In this document: piece by piece, positions 1-10,282 of the stretch
Layout of the letters: every line of letters starts with the position of its first letter
Numbering within the stretch: the stretch's first letter is position 1
DNA from: a virus
Direction: 5' to 3' (one strand)
DNA: 64,000 nt
Virus record (IMG/VR): IMGVR_UViG_3300025015_000001
Program-made: the position numbers and the translations under genes
The notes under the pieces: model-generated
What the model was told of the DNA's origin: nothing
Databases searched by the model: none
The model's input: the letters and a program-made list of their open reading frames with translations, nothing else

Positions 1-235
1 TGTATTACATAAGCATTAATTAAAAATGTAGCTCTGCTATGAGAGGACCAGGTGTACATATTGTATGTTTTATCTATTGATCTATTTAGAGGCTGTGGTG
101 GCTTCACTTCGGTTTCTGTATTGGTCTTGTTTTTTACAGGGTCAATCAATCTACTAATTTCTTTGTTTAATCTTTCACTATTTATTGCGTGTCTGTGCAT
201 GCTGTGCTCCTTTACAAAGTAGTTAACTTAGAATG

Positions 236-1042
236 TTATTTTTCTAAAATAGTTTCCACAACTTCTACTACCTCTTTAATACCCTCTATATCAAAACTTG
301 TGCCAATGTTAAATTCAAAATCTTTTTTGTCTCTGACATTCTCAAATTTATTATATAGTATATCTACCATACCCTTAATTTGTTTTAAACTAAACTTACG
401 AGTAACTGTATTTATATTAATTGTATTATATGGAGTAATTTCTAGTATACCGTTTTCTAGCATTTTCTTTTCTTCTGACAGCGTTATTCTTGTGTTCTTG
501 AAACTAACAAACTTACTATCATTATCTTTATAATTTTTTATATTCCGGAACTCATTTTTTATATTTTTTATTTTTTCTCCTTTTTCGCGCGCCCTATTAT
601 ATTCTGCTGTTATGTCATCCGACATTTTTGCTAGCATATCATCGCATTTTTTATGTAGTGTTTTAGCTATATCTTTCGCATCAAAATCCTTCTTTAATCT
701 AGCAGCTTCACATTTCCGTGAATTAGTAGATATTCTTAGAGCGTACTTATTTAGTGTACTACTACCATTACTGTGTGTAATACCATACATAATCTGTCTA
801 TATATTTTTACATATGTCTCATCAAATGGGTTTTCTCTGAGCACACCTATCACCTCTTCAGGGTACATACTAGAATATATTAGTTTGTAATGTTGATTAA
901 ATTGCTTTATTTCAGAAAAGAACTTTTTCCATTTTACATTTCTAGTGGTGTAGCTTTCTTTTGCCGCGCAATCATTGCAGATAACTTGATATGATTTTTT
1001 TTCTGTACCACACGCACAGTGTACAGCTTCTTCCGAGCTCAT
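236..1042 (-). CDS. hypothetical phage protein, paralog of 1055-1858
   Basis: 268-aa ORF; shares RENPFD..Y.KIYR and RLKKDFDAKDIAKTLHK with the neighbouring ORF. Confidence 0.8.
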   Translation of the reverse strand: MSSEEAVHCACGTEKKSYQVICNDCAAKESYTTRNVKWKKFFSEIKQFNQHYKLIYSSMYPEEVIGVLRENPFDETYVKIYRQIMYGITHSNGSSTLNKYALRISTNSRKCEAARLKKDFDAKDIAKTLHKKCDDMLAKMSDDITAEYNRAREKGEKIKNIKNEFRNIKNYKDNDSKFVSFKNTRITLSEEKKMLENGILEITPYNTININTVTRKFSLKQIKGMVDILYNKFENVRDKKDFEFNIGTSFDIEGIKEVVEVVETILEK

Positions 1043-1054
1043 TTTTTTACCCTC

Positions 1055-1858
1055 CTAAGCTAGCATATTTTCTATAGTAGATACTATAATTTTTGTATCA
1101 TCTAAATTAAATTCTTTACATAATATAAGTGAGCAGCATTTCTCTGTATGTAAGTCACCAAACATATTATATAATTTATCTATCAATTCTTTGCATTCTT
1201 TTAAACTAAAATTTCTGCTATAGTTCATAGTTACCGTGCCAATAAATTTTTCTTCTGTCGTACCATCCCCTAGCGTAGTAGTATTGATATTAGTATAGAT
1301 TTTAGTATGCTTAAGATTAATAATGGTGTCAGTATTGTTTGAGTAATTTTTGATAGTAGAGAACTCATTTTTTAATTTTTCTGATGTTTCTTTTCTCTTG
1401 CGTTCCCTTGCTTGCTGCAGAGTAATCTCATCAGTCATTTTACCTAGTATATCACTACATCTTTTGTGTAGTGTTTTAGCTATATCTTTCGCATCAAAAT
1501 CCTTCTTTAGCCTGTTAGCTTTATGCCACGCATTAGTAGTTATTCTTAAAGCATATTTACCACTACCATAGATGTTACGCCTATATATTTTTGCATATAC
1601 GTTATCAAATGGGTTTTCTCTAATTATTCCTATTATTTCTTCTTTTCTGTATTCTAGCCTATAGTGTGGGTTGAATTGGCGCATGTCAGATATAAGTTTT
1701 TCCCATTTTACATTTATAGGAATATACCTTTCTTTAGCAAGGCAATTACTACATTTTATGTCATACTGGCTTATTGTCGCCCCACATACACAGACTTTTG
1801 GTTGCTGTGCACTAACGACTGGTATGTTCGTCTTATCTGGAGAAGCGGTTATATACAT
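1055..1858 (-). CDS. hypothetical phage protein, paralog of 236-1042
   Basis: 267-aa ORF; N-terminal C-x-C...C-xx-C; collinear similarity to 236-1042. Confidence 0.8.
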   Translation of the reverse strand: MYITASPDKTNIPVVSAQQPKVCVCGATISQYDIKCSNCLAKERYIPINVKWEKLISDMRQFNPHYRLEYRKEEIIGIIRENPFDNVYAKIYRRNIYGSGKYALRITTNAWHKANRLKKDFDAKDIAKTLHKRCSDILGKMTDEITLQQARERKRKETSEKLKNEFSTIKNYSNNTDTIINLKHTKIYTNINTTTLGDGTTEEKFIGTVTMNYSRNFSLKECKELIDKLYNMFGDLHTEKCCSLILCKEFNLDDTKIIVSTIENMLA

Positions 1859-2516
1859 TATCCCCTCCTACTATTTTATTAGTTTTTTTCTTTCCTGCAC
1901 CGTGACTTGGAAATGCTATTATTGATTTTCTATTAGCCTTAGCACACAACCTACATTTGTCACATGTTATGTCTACCTTAGTAATAGCCGGGCAAATTAT
2001 GACATTATTTCCTTCCTTGGTTTTAAAATTTTTAATTACATTTGAGTTTACCACTACTGTTACAGGAGCTATTTTTAGTTTTACTAATTCGTCCGCATGC
2101 TTAATATTATTGGCGGATAAGTTTATTGTAAATCCATTCTTATTGGCATTCATTATAGCATCTTTCTCGGCTTTGGTGTGTAGTGGGTAATGCGTATAAG
2201 TATACCCTATACTTCCTTTATTAGCCGCTACTAATATGTTTAGTTTTTTAATATCTATTTTATTGTTCCTGCCCTGTAGATCCCCAGCAATATTGGACCT
2301 CCAGAATGTTTTCTTGGGTAGCTTTTTTATTTCTTCTATAAATTCATTATAAGATAATCTTTGTGAATATTTCTTCCACACTAATGATGTTGGCCCGTAT
2401 TTAGCATAGCACCCATGGTATTTTAGTTTACAAGTAGCTGGGCAGGTATCTTCAGGTGAGTATGATACTGGTATTGCTCCTGTTTTCTTATTTGATGTTT
2501 TTGGTATAAATAGCAT
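1833..2516 (-). CDS. Cys-rich conserved phage protein
   Basis: TCPATC, GCYA, WRSNIAGDL, CPA...CDKCRLC motifs typical of a widespread phage family; function unknown. Confidence 0.7.
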   Translation of the reverse strand: MLFIPKTSNKKTGAIPVSYSPEDTCPATCKLKYHGCYAKYGPTSLVWKKYSQRLSYNEFIEEIKKLPKKTFWRSNIAGDLQGRNNKIDIKKLNILVAANKGSIGYTYTHYPLHTKAEKDAIMNANKNGFTINLSANNIKHADELVKLKIAPVTVVVNSNVIKNFKTKEGNNVIICPAITKVDITCDKCRLCAKANRKSIIAFPSHGAGKKKTNKIVGGDNVYNRFSR

Positions 2517-2741
2517 TTAAACCTCCTTTATCATCCATATATTTTTGCATTTTGGGCATTCGTAGCCCACAACCTCTTCTCCTTCTTTAATTCTTTTTAA
2601 TTGATATAAGGGAGTAGCAGAACATTTCATACAATGTAAGTATAATCCTACTCTATCTTCCGATAAGTCTCTTGCTAATGCGTATAATAAATTACGTTCA
2701 TACTTTGTTATCATACACCCCCCAATTAGGTAGCGCTCCAA
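2517..2741 (-). CDS. small zinc-ribbon protein
   Basis: two CxxC pairs (CMKC, CPKC). Confidence 0.55.
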   Translation of the reverse strand: MERYLIGGCMITKYERNLLYALARDLSEDRVGLYLHCMKCSATPLYQLKRIKEGEEVVGYECPKCKNIWMIKEV

Positions 2742-3157
2742 AATTCATGCGCATTTTTTGCTACGGCTCTTTTGGTTTTACACACAGTGCACAGATGCTT
2801 TATCCAACCAAAATTAGTGCGTTCTACATTTTCCATACTACCACACTTCTCGCAAGTTTGCGTTGACAGGTCTTCAGCTCTATCTACTATGGCAGTTATT
2901 TCAGATGTATCGATATCTAGGTCTTTATCATTATCTACATTGGTGTAGATTCTAATCGCCCCAAATTTTTCTTTTATTTGTCGGATAGTTATCTGTGCTG
3001 TAGTTGTATCACTCCATTCTTGTAGTTCTTTACATGCAGTATAAATTAGATTATACCATCCATTTTCCGTTTCAAAATAAAATTCATATTGAGTATCTCT
3101 ACACTTAAATAGTTTAGGAAAATCATTTATAATCTTATCTTGCAATTCTTTTTTCAT
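2726..3157 (-). CDS. conserved phage protein
   Basis: QIKEKFGAIRIY motif and C-terminal CEKC...C. Confidence 0.7.
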   Translation of the reverse strand: MKKELQDKIINDFPKLFKCRDTQYEFYFETENGWYNLIYTACKELQEWSDTTTAQITIRQIKEKFGAIRIYTNVDNDKDLDIDTSEITAIVDRAEDLSTQTCEKCGSMENVERTNFGWIKHLCTVCKTKRAVAKNAHEFWSAT

Positions 3158-3166
3158 AATTTCTCC

Positions 3167-3811
3167 TTAGTTATTTATCATCTTCTCATATGTTTCTGTT
3201 AAGCGAGTAATAAGTATATTTTGGTCGGATGAGCTACTCATATCTAAAGTCTTAGTAAATTCAATAAGATAATCGTTATCTTCCCTACCATCCCACATTT
3301 TAATATAATGCCCTTTATCATATCCATATTTTTGTCTAAATATATTTAATATATTTTTTCCTATATAAAGATTATATAATTTATCGATATCTATATTTAA
3401 ACACCTACATAGTGATAAAAAATTACTCACGTTAAAACTTCTACTTAATAAAGTTCCCTCTACCAGACCCTCTATCAAAAATGGTAAGTCCTGTTTCTGA
3501 GTAGTCTCTTCATAGGGCACATCGCATAACTTACTTATGATTGCAGCCGTCTTATCTATTTCTTTAAAATTGATAAGCATGTCACTTATACCAAAGTGCC
3601 ATATATCAACAAGCTCCATTACGATATGATTGATATTCTCATCTTTATGTTTCCACCATTTCCAATCTGTCTGCTCAAGCATCTCAGCAGCCTCTAACCA
3701 TATCGCCCTGTACCAAGGAGTATTAGTAACTTTCCAATTTTCTCCTATCACTGCTATATTAAATTCATCCTGAAGTCTAAGCATGTCTTTAATTTTTTCT
3801 AGCTGTGTCAT
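3167..3811 (-). CDS. dut: dimeric (all-alpha) dUTPase
   Basis: EAAEMLE..DWKWWK and MELVDIWHF motifs. Confidence 0.85.
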   Translation of the reverse strand: MTQLEKIKDMLRLQDEFNIAVIGENWKVTNTPWYRAIWLEAAEMLEQTDWKWWKHKDENINHIVMELVDIWHFGISDMLINFKEIDKTAAIISKLCDVPYEETTQKQDLPFLIEGLVEGTLLSRSFNVSNFLSLCRCLNIDIDKLYNLYIGKNILNIFRQKYGYDKGHYIKMWDGREDNDYLIEFTKTLDMSSSSDQNILITRLTETYEKMINN

Positions 3812-3862
3812 TATGCCTCCTTATTATTTTAATAAATTTTTTTCATTTTTTGAAAATTTTTT

Positions 3863-3881
3863 AAAAAATTATGTGCTATAC
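3863..3881 (+). promoter_or_regulatory. extended -10 promoter upstream of tnpB, shared with 27293-27335
   Basis: TGCTATACT extended -10 at the end of a ~40-bp block nearly identical to the one before ORF 27367. Confidence 0.55.
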
Positions 3882-3920
3882 TATACATATCTACAAAATA
3901 ATTAATTAAATTATAAATCA

Positions 3921-5126
3921 ATGAAGATAAATAAAGCATACACATTTAGACTTTACCCTAACGACAACCAAAAGGATTTGCTTGCACAGCATTTTGGTGC
4001 GTGCAGATTCGTCTATAATTATTTCCTCCGTCAAAGAATAGACTACTACGCTGCAAATAAAGGTAATGCTAAAAAAGGATTAACATATTCTGATACATCG
4101 AAGATGTTAACCACACTCAAGAATCAACCTGAGTATGTGTGGTTGAAAGCTATTAATGCGCAATCATTACAGCAGTCACTACGTCATCTCGATGTTGCCT
4201 ATAATAATTTCTTTAATAATAAAACTAAATTTCCTAAGTTTAAAAACAAACACTCAAAACAATCTTTCCTTGCTCCTCAACATTTTTCTATTGATGTGCA
4301 GAGTAAGTTATTATATCTCCCGAAATTTAACTCCATACCTATTGTTATTCACAGGGATATAGATGGGGTAATGAAAAGCATTACCATATCTAAGTCCTCA
4401 TCAGGAAAGTACTTCGCATCTATATTATGTGAATTAGATATTGATGTCAAGCAAAAACAACAAGGAGATACTATAGGTATTGATTTAGGAATTAAATCAT
4501 TTATAGTTACATCTACTGGAGAAACAATAGATGCTCCTAAGTTCCTAAGAAAATCTGAACTTAAACTGAAACGGCTACAAAGATTACTCTCTCGTAAACA
4601 AAAAGGAAGTAATAGAAGAAACAAAGCAAAAATCAAAGTTGCATGTGTACACGATAAAATAACTAATCAAAGAAAAGATTTCCTACACAAGTTAAGTCAT
4701 AAATTAGTTAGCGAGAGCCAAGCTATATTTGTTGAAGACTTAAATGTGAAAGGTATGCTGGCAAACCATAAGTTGGCTAAGTCTATTGCCGATAGTGGTT
4801 GGTCAGAATTTATCCAGCAACTTAAATACAAATCAAATTGGAACGGAGTATATTTTGGTCAGGTTGATCGTTTCTTTCCTTCATCTAAAAGATGTAACAA
4901 CTGTGGTTGGATTAATACATCTCTTAGTTTAAAGGACAGAGAATGGACTTGTCGAGAATGTAATACTATAATTGATAGAGACAACAATGCAGCCAAGAAT
5001 ATACTCCAATTCGGATTATTACAGAGTACCGAGGGACACTCGGAAACTAAACGCCCAGGGAGACCACGTGCTGTCAGACGGGTCGTTGAACTAGGAAGCT
5101 ACTGGGCTTTAGCCCCAGTAGAGTAG
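3921..5126 (+). CDS. tnpB: TnpB, IS200/IS605-family RNA-guided endonuclease
   Basis: KAYTFRLYP N-terminus, GIDLGIKSF (RuvC I), VEDLNVKGM (RuvC II), SSKRCNNCG/WTCREC zinc finger, DRDNNAAKNI (RuvC III). Confidence 0.95.
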   Translation: MKINKAYTFRLYPNDNQKDLLAQHFGACRFVYNYFLRQRIDYYAANKGNAKKGLTYSDTSKMLTTLKNQPEYVWLKAINAQSLQQSLRHLDVAYNNFFNNKTKFPKFKNKHSKQSFLAPQHFSIDVQSKLLYLPKFNSIPIVIHRDIDGVMKSITISKSSSGKYFASILCELDIDVKQKQQGDTIGIDLGIKSFIVTSTGETIDAPKFLRKSELKLKRLQRLLSRKQKGSNRRNKAKIKVACVHDKITNQRKDFLHKLSHKLVSESQAIFVEDLNVKGMLANHKLAKSIADSGWSEFIQQLKYKSNWNGVYFGQVDRFFPSSKRCNNCGWINTSLSLKDREWTCRECNTIIDRDNNAAKNILQFGLLQSTEGHSETKRPGRPRAVRRVVELGSYWALAPVE

Positions 5127-5130
5127 TCAC
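3921..5130 (+). mobile_element. non-autonomous IS200/IS605-type element (tnpB only)
   Basis: right-end hairpin CTACTGGG-CTTTAGC-CCCAGTAG (5099-5121) followed by TCAC (5127-5130); no tnpA; left end not identified. Confidence 0.75.
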
Positions 5131-5436
5131 ATAAGATGCTATTCTAATTTGTATGTCTGCTATCTCTTCTAAGAAATCATTTAGATTTTCTAAATTAGAA
5201 TTATCTTCATGACTGATAGTTTCATCCTTTCTATACTTCTCGTATACATCTGATATGGTTCTTAGTGTTTCAATAAACATTTTAGTTTCATATCCACAGG
5301 ATGCTGTACTTACATGCTCTAATGCTTCTGCAATTTCTGTTGCTATGAGACATATCTGTGTGGCATGTTGACTAGTATTAAAGCCCTTACTTGTAGTAAT
5401 ATCTCCACATGTTTTATACAATGCTTTTAAATTCAT
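5074..5436 (-). CDS. MazG-like NTP pyrophosphohydrolase, probably 3'-truncated by the TnpB element
   Basis: LIATEIAEALE and EEIADIQIRI motifs; frame runs into the element right end after IASY. Confidence 0.6.
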   Translation of the reverse strand: MNLKALYKTCGDITTSKGFNTSQHATQICLIATEIAEALEHVSTASCGYETKMFIETLRTISDVYEKYRKDETISHEDNSNLENLNDFLEEIADIQIRIASYVTTLLGLKPSSFLVQRPV

Positions 5437-5516
5437 TTGTTTCTCCTTTCATTTTTAGCCACAAAATATTCCTAAAGCTACTCATGCCAAGATCACTAAT
5501 ATAATACAAAATGGAA

Positions 5517-5774
5517 TCATATTTCTTCCCATTTAAGCTCAGGAAATTTAATTCCATGTTGATACGCCAACATGCCCTGTCCATTTACTGCCTCTGCCCA
5601 CTTAGTGGCTTCCTCACCAGCCAAACGTATTGCATATCTGTTGCCTTCTTTATCTTCTTTTGTGAGTGTTACCATGACTGTTTTCATTCTCATTATAATG
5701 TTAATCATTGGTTGCTCATTAAACTCTACCTCTGCTGTGTCACGCACTCCTTCAGATATTCTTTGTTGCTCCAT
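5517..5774 (-). CDS. hypothetical protein
   Basis: 85-aa ORF preceded by GGAG, co-oriented with the operon. Confidence 0.6.
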   Translation of the reverse strand: MEQQRISEGVRDTAEVEFNEQPMINIIMRMKTVMVTLTKEDKEGNRYAIRLAGEEATKWAEAVNGQGMLAYQHGIKFPELKWEEI

Positions 5775-5804
5775 ATTTGTCTCCTTTAATTATTTGGTGA
5801 TCTA

Positions 5805-6680
5805 CTACATATGTAGTGCCGCACAATTCCTCTTATTAAGTAATGTCATTAATCTTTTTCTAATAGTATTTTCTATCTGTCTTACTCTTTCTCTACTTAT
5901 ACCATACTTAATACCTATTTCTTGCATAGACATATCTTCCTCTATTAATCTATGCTGTATAATATATAGTTCTCTTTCATTAAATTTATCTTTTAAAATT
6001 TTGTTTAGTATGCTACTTCTGTTGTTATTCTCTAGTTTATGCCCCACTATATCTTCCGGTGTGTTATAGTCTACTAACAGATCTCTACTATGAAGATCCT
6101 CATCAACGTCACCTTCATAAGTTATATCCACAGATATTTCTTTATAGTTTAACTTAGATAAGTGCATATCTATATTTTTTTTAGGGATATCTAAATTAGT
6201 TATAATATCACTTCTACTCATACCATCCTGTAGAGCTGTTCGTATTTTGTCTATAGTAGAACTTCCACTATATATTTTTTTGCCATCTACTACCTTGGTT
6301 TGGCCGCCCCCGAAACATGGTCTCTCTACAATTGTATTATATTTGGTTAGATATTTATTAATCATAGATTTAACCCACCAACCAGCATATTGAATAAATC
6401 TAACCCCCTTAGTTGGGTCAAATTTATCTAAAGCTTTTATTAACCCTATGACGCCCTCTTGTATAAGATCTAATGCTATATGCGTATACTTATTGTATGT
6501 AGTCATCACTATAATATACACCTGTCTTATATTATGTAGGACTATTTTATTAGCAGATTCTTTGTTTTTATTAGTGTAGTAATCAGTAGTTAATAGTAGT
6601 TCTTCTTCATATGTTAGTATTGGAATGCTGTATATTTTAGCTTTTATAGAATGCAATGATGTGGCTTTTAATATATCCAT
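5805..6680 (-). CDS. phage-encoded sigma70-family RNA polymerase sigma factor
   Basis: region 2 DLIQEGVIGLIKALDKFDPTKGVRFIQYAGWWVK; region 4 MQEIGIKYGISRERVRQIE. Confidence 0.93.
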   Translation of the reverse strand: MDILKATSLHSIKAKIYSIPILTYEEELLLTTDYYTNKNKESANKIVLHNIRQVYIIVMTTYNKYTHIALDLIQEGVIGLIKALDKFDPTKGVRFIQYAGWWVKSMINKYLTKYNTIVERPCFGGGQTKVVDGKKIYSGSSTIDKIRTALQDGMSRSDIITNLDIPKKNIDMHLSKLNYKEISVDITYEGDVDEDLHSRDLLVDYNTPEDIVGHKLENNNRSSILNKILKDKFNERELYIIQHRLIEEDMSMQEIGIKYGISRERVRQIENTIRKRLMTLLNKRNCAALHM

Positions 6681-6694
6681 TCTGATCGCTCCGC

Positions 6695-7222
6695 CTATTC
6701 TAATTCTTGTAGGAAATTTTTATATGTACCAAATAATCTATTAAGCCTAACATATAAACTATTACCTGCATTTGTTTTTCGTAAGTCTGTTATGGTACAC
6801 GGTATATGGCCTATATCAACACATAATTTTTTAAAATCTGATTTAATTCTATTTTTTGTTTGTATTGTTTTTATTTCTTTTAATTTATCTTTATCCAGAC
6901 ATTTTTTAAATGTACATTCTTGTATCGGGTAATTTATATATTTTATGTATTCTGCTATGCTACTACTACTACTGATGATAGCTTCTTCAAATTTTGCATG
7001 ACTGTTTTTAATGACAGAGATAATAGTACTCTTCTTAATGTAATCTGAATGGTATTTGTTGTAGTTAAGAAGTCTTTGTCGTACACCTTCTCTTGATATA
7101 TTTAAAAGTTTAGCCACCTTAGCCATATTATAATTGTTACTATCATATAATTTTTTAGTTTCTTCTAACATAGAAATATCTTGTTTAGGTCCACGTAATC
7201 CCATTAGGTTCTCCTTTTTCAC
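6695..7222 (-). CDS. HTH-containing protein
   Basis: NMAKVAKLLNISREGVRQRL helix-turn-helix. Confidence 0.6.
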   Translation of the reverse strand: MKKENLMGLRGPKQDISMLEETKKLYDSNNYNMAKVAKLLNISREGVRQRLLNYNKYHSDYIKKSTIISVIKNSHAKFEEAIISSSSSIAEYIKYINYPIQECTFKKCLDKDKLKEIKTIQTKNRIKSDFKKLCVDIGHIPCTITDLRKTNAGNSLYVRLNRLFGTYKNFLQELE

Positions 7223-7259
7223 AAATTATCTTTTATATATTTTTTACTGTGTCTATAAA

Positions 7260-7310
7260 GCTATTCGGTTTTAAGCCGCAGGGTATTATCCGTAGGCCCC
7301 AAACCGAATA
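7260..7310. other. 12-bp inverted repeat (stem-loop)
   Basis: GCTATTCGGTTT ... AAACCGAATAGC in the intergenic gap upstream of the HTH/sigma genes. Confidence 0.6.
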
Positions 7311-7386
7311 GCCTATCAGTAACTCTAAAGATATTACTAGTTATAGCGATACACTATATCCCCACTTAGGGTTGACACACAGTAAT

Positions 7387-7599
7387 CTACTTACGGTTTA
7401 TTGAAAATAGTAGCACAGTTCCTAAGAGTAAAAATAGTAACTGTATCGGGGCAACAATTATAAATGTGAGAATTAGTACAAATTTTTGATAAAATGTTTC
7501 TGGTTTAAGCCCACCCCAAATAAAAATGTTTATATATGTTGGTACAAACATTACTATTAAGGTTGACATACTACCCAATAACTGTATTACTTTATTCAT
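7387..7599 (-). CDS. small membrane protein
   Basis: two hydrophobic stretches. Confidence 0.55.
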   Translation of the reverse strand: MNKVIQLLGSMSTLIVMFVPTYINIFIWGGLKPETFYQKFVLILTFIIVAPIQLLFLLLGTVLLFSINRK

Positions 7600-7630
7600 T
7601 AGTTAGCCCCCTCTAGCACATATATTCTTA

Positions 7631-7840
7631 TTATGGTTTAGTTTTAATTTCATATACAATATTATTATGGATAAAGCCCTGGAGTAGTACAGCCTCATTC
7701 ATACGATAATTAAAATATATTTCTGCAATTTTAAACCCAAGTGTAATTCCTATCAACATAGCTATTGCAAATAAATTAAGATGTTTAATCATACCATGAT
7801 ATACTTTGGCTATCTGTTCCCTGCTAATAATGTTTGTCAT
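7631..7840 (-). CDS. small membrane protein
   Basis: one hydrophobic helix; overlaps the stop of the upstream ORF. Confidence 0.55.
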   Translation of the reverse strand: MTNIISREQIAKVYHGMIKHLNLFAIAMLIGITLGFKIAEIYFNYRMNEAVLLQGFIHNNIVYEIKTKP

Positions 7841-8367
7841 TGTGCCTCCTTTTTATTTTTATCATATTTAGATTTTAGTTTTGTATATAGACTGTAGACT
7901 TCTTCCGCTTGTTGTGCGGCTTGTCGTCTAGCAGCTGGACCACCCCCACCCCCTTTGTACAATATAAGAGCTTCCATTAAATCATTATTACAATATTTTA
8001 ATTTCTCTTCTAGTATCCTAGCTCCATATAAAGTATCAACATCATGAAATTGCATAGTAGCAGTCGGAGTTTGCATTAGTCCTTCATATCCTTTTGGTGA
8101 TATCACATTGGTTCTGAAATTAGATTCAGTTTTCATTACCGCAATTATCAACATTGGGGACGCATTTATTGTGTCTGCTGATAGTAGTATGGCGTCGGAT
8201 AGTTTGTTCCTTTCCTTAGTATTATATATACCTAAATCCTTTAGTATAACAGATATTAACTCTTTTCTATTATCTTTTTTTATATGCACAGGAAGAGGTA
8301 TTTTATCCACCAATAAAATAAAATTAGATATAGATAGTAAGAATAAAAATAGTATTATGTACTTCAT
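7837..8367 (-). CDS. lytic transglycosylase (SLT domain) with N-terminal signal/anchor
   Basis: IAVMKTESNF (catalytic ES), GLMQ, GARIL, ALILY motifs. Confidence 0.85.
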   Translation of the reverse strand: MKYIILFLFLLSISNFILLVDKIPLPVHIKKDNRKELISVILKDLGIYNTKERNKLSDAILLSADTINASPMLIIAVMKTESNFRTNVISPKGYEGLMQTPTATMQFHDVDTLYGARILEEKLKYCNNDLMEALILYKGGGGGPAARRQAAQQAEEVYSLYTKLKSKYDKNKKEAQ

Positions 8368-8759
8368 TTAACAGCCTTGGTATAAGTATTATTAATAGAC
8401 CCCATCGCTGATGCAATATAGTCAATACGAGACTTATCATGACAGTATTTTAGGCGTGTAAATGTAGTCTCCAATATTTTTACTTGGTCTTCTTTAGATA
8501 AAGCATTAAATAGATTATTGATATCCTCACTAGTAAATAAGGCATCTGTAGCATCTATCTCCTGCCCGTCTACAATAAATACTGTAGCAACAGAATTGAG
8601 ATCGCGTTGTATTTCTAATGCTATCTTAGCAGCCTCAATCTCACTATTTGCATCAATTTCAATTTCCCATTTTACATTAAATGTTTTCATTTGTTCCTCT
8701 TTTAATTTTTTAAAGTCCAAACTATTACTGAAATAAATACCCCAAAAATTCCGCCGCAA
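8364..8759 (-). CDS. hypothetical protein
   Basis: 131-aa ORF; true start probably internal MKTFNV. Confidence 0.55.
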   Translation of the reverse strand: MRRNFWGIYFSNSLDFKKLKEEQMKTFNVKWEIEIDANSEIEAAKIALEIQRDLNSVATVFIVDGQEIDATDALFTSEDINNLFNALSKEDQVKILETTFTRLKYCHDKSRIDYIASAMGSINNTYTKAVK

Positions 8760-9282
8760 AGTAGGCCTATGAAAAAGCTTCCAAATTCAATGTCTTTAAT
8801 CCTCATTCAATTTCCTCCTCAAATGCATCACTATCCCATCTATATTTTATTTTTGGTAGTATTGTATTATATACCCCCTGTAATATTTCGTTGTCTGGCA
8901 TAGGTAGTTCATGTATTATAGATTCTATTATTTCTTCTCTACTAATCATATTTAATTTCTCCTACCAATTTAATCTCTATCTCCAAAATTATCTCGTTCC
9001 TATGAGGTATGCCAAGAGCCGTCTCTGTCTTCCTTTTTATTTTCATCGAAGCAATCTTTGCATCTTTTTTTGTAACCTACGTCAGTATGCTTATAGCAGG
9101 TTTTTAATTTTGGTTTAAGGAATTTATAGTCCATTATTCCCTCCACAATACTCATTATATTTAGCTTAATTAATTGCTGCATCTTCTAGTCTTTGGATTC
9201 TTTCGAGACAGTCTCCAATCATAGAGTCGCCATTCCGCCCTTTCAGCCTTTTGTTCAATATCCCTAATCTTCCATTCTACTA

Positions 9283-9540
9283 CTAGCATACTCCTCCATT
9301 TAGCAATTCATTATGTAACTTAGTTAATTGCAGCATAGTTTCTAGAGATAACTTATCAATATGATTTTCATATAGGAAATCTATAGTCTCTTTAAATGTT
9401 TTAAAATTTGCAGTGTGTTGCTTTTTATTAAAAATAATGGATACAAAGATATGCCGCGTAGAAATCTTTTGTATAGCTATCTCATTATTACAAATAAAGT
9501 ACATATTAATTTCTCCTAAATGGTGTACTATCCCAAACAT
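9283..9540 (-). CDS. small protein with shared LSLETxLQLxKL motif
   Basis: LSLETMLQLTKL near C-terminus. Confidence 0.6.
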   Translation of the reverse strand: MFGIVHHLGEINMYFICNNEIAIQKISTRHIFVSIIFNKKQHTANFKTFKETIDFLYENHIDKLSLETMLQLTKLHNELLNGGVC

Positions 9541-10282
9541 TGTTTAATTTCTTTTTAAACGTAACAAAATGCCCTTGCTTTGGCTCTTCTTGTGGAGCAG
9601 CTATCGGAGTATCATTTTTAATTTCAACAGCCTTCTTTGGTCTACTTCGCCTCACAATAGGTACTTCTTTAGTATCTTTCATACCGTAATCTTTAATAAG
9701 TAATCCGGCGCTAAAAAATAAGAACGACGGAGCAAATGCAGTGACTAACGATATTAATATTGTGAAAATCATTATAGCATGTTCTTGTGATGTTGTCAAG
9801 ATGTTTGCTAGTATTGTTGCAATGACCACTAATTCAGTAGTTGTGATTTGTGTAGTAATAACTTGCTCTTGCTTCTGTAGTCTATCCACTAATGCTAGTG
9901 TCGATCTGGATGATATTCCCCTATTAGATAATGTTGCTAAGCTGTCTTGAATCAACTTCTGTGTCTGTTTGCTACTGTCAATTATTTGACTATTAGCTTG
10001 CATAGTGTGTAGCTCTTTCTGCACATTTTGAATATACATTGAGGATATTGTTAGTAATGATACTGTAGTAATTGCTACAATAAATATAACAGATACTACT
10101 TGGTGCGTTTTAGAAATCCTAAAACCAATTAGAAATGATACTATAATTAGTAATGGTTCTATTGCAATCGCACCTAACTTACTTACACCTATTGTAGATA
10201 AGAAATTACTTTGCATTATCGTTGTCCATATTGCAATCGCAATCCCCATTGTGATGCAAGCTATAGATATAAATAGTTTCAT
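9506..10282 (-). CDS. multi-pass membrane protein with coiled coil
   Basis: three N-terminal hydrophobic helices, Gln-rich coil, further TM helices. Confidence 0.7.
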   Translation of the reverse strand: MKLFISIACITMGIAIAIWTTIMQSNFLSTIGVSKLGAIAIEPLLIIVSFLIGFRISKTHQVVSVIFIVAITTVSLLTISSMYIQNVQKELHTMQANSQIIDSSKQTQKLIQDSLATLSNRGISSRSTLALVDRLQKQEQVITTQITTTELVVIATILANILTTSQEHAIMIFTILISLVTAFAPSFLFFSAGLLIKDYGMKDTKEVPIVRRSRPKKAVEIKNDTPIAAPQEEPKQGHFVTFKKKLNNVWDSTPFRRN

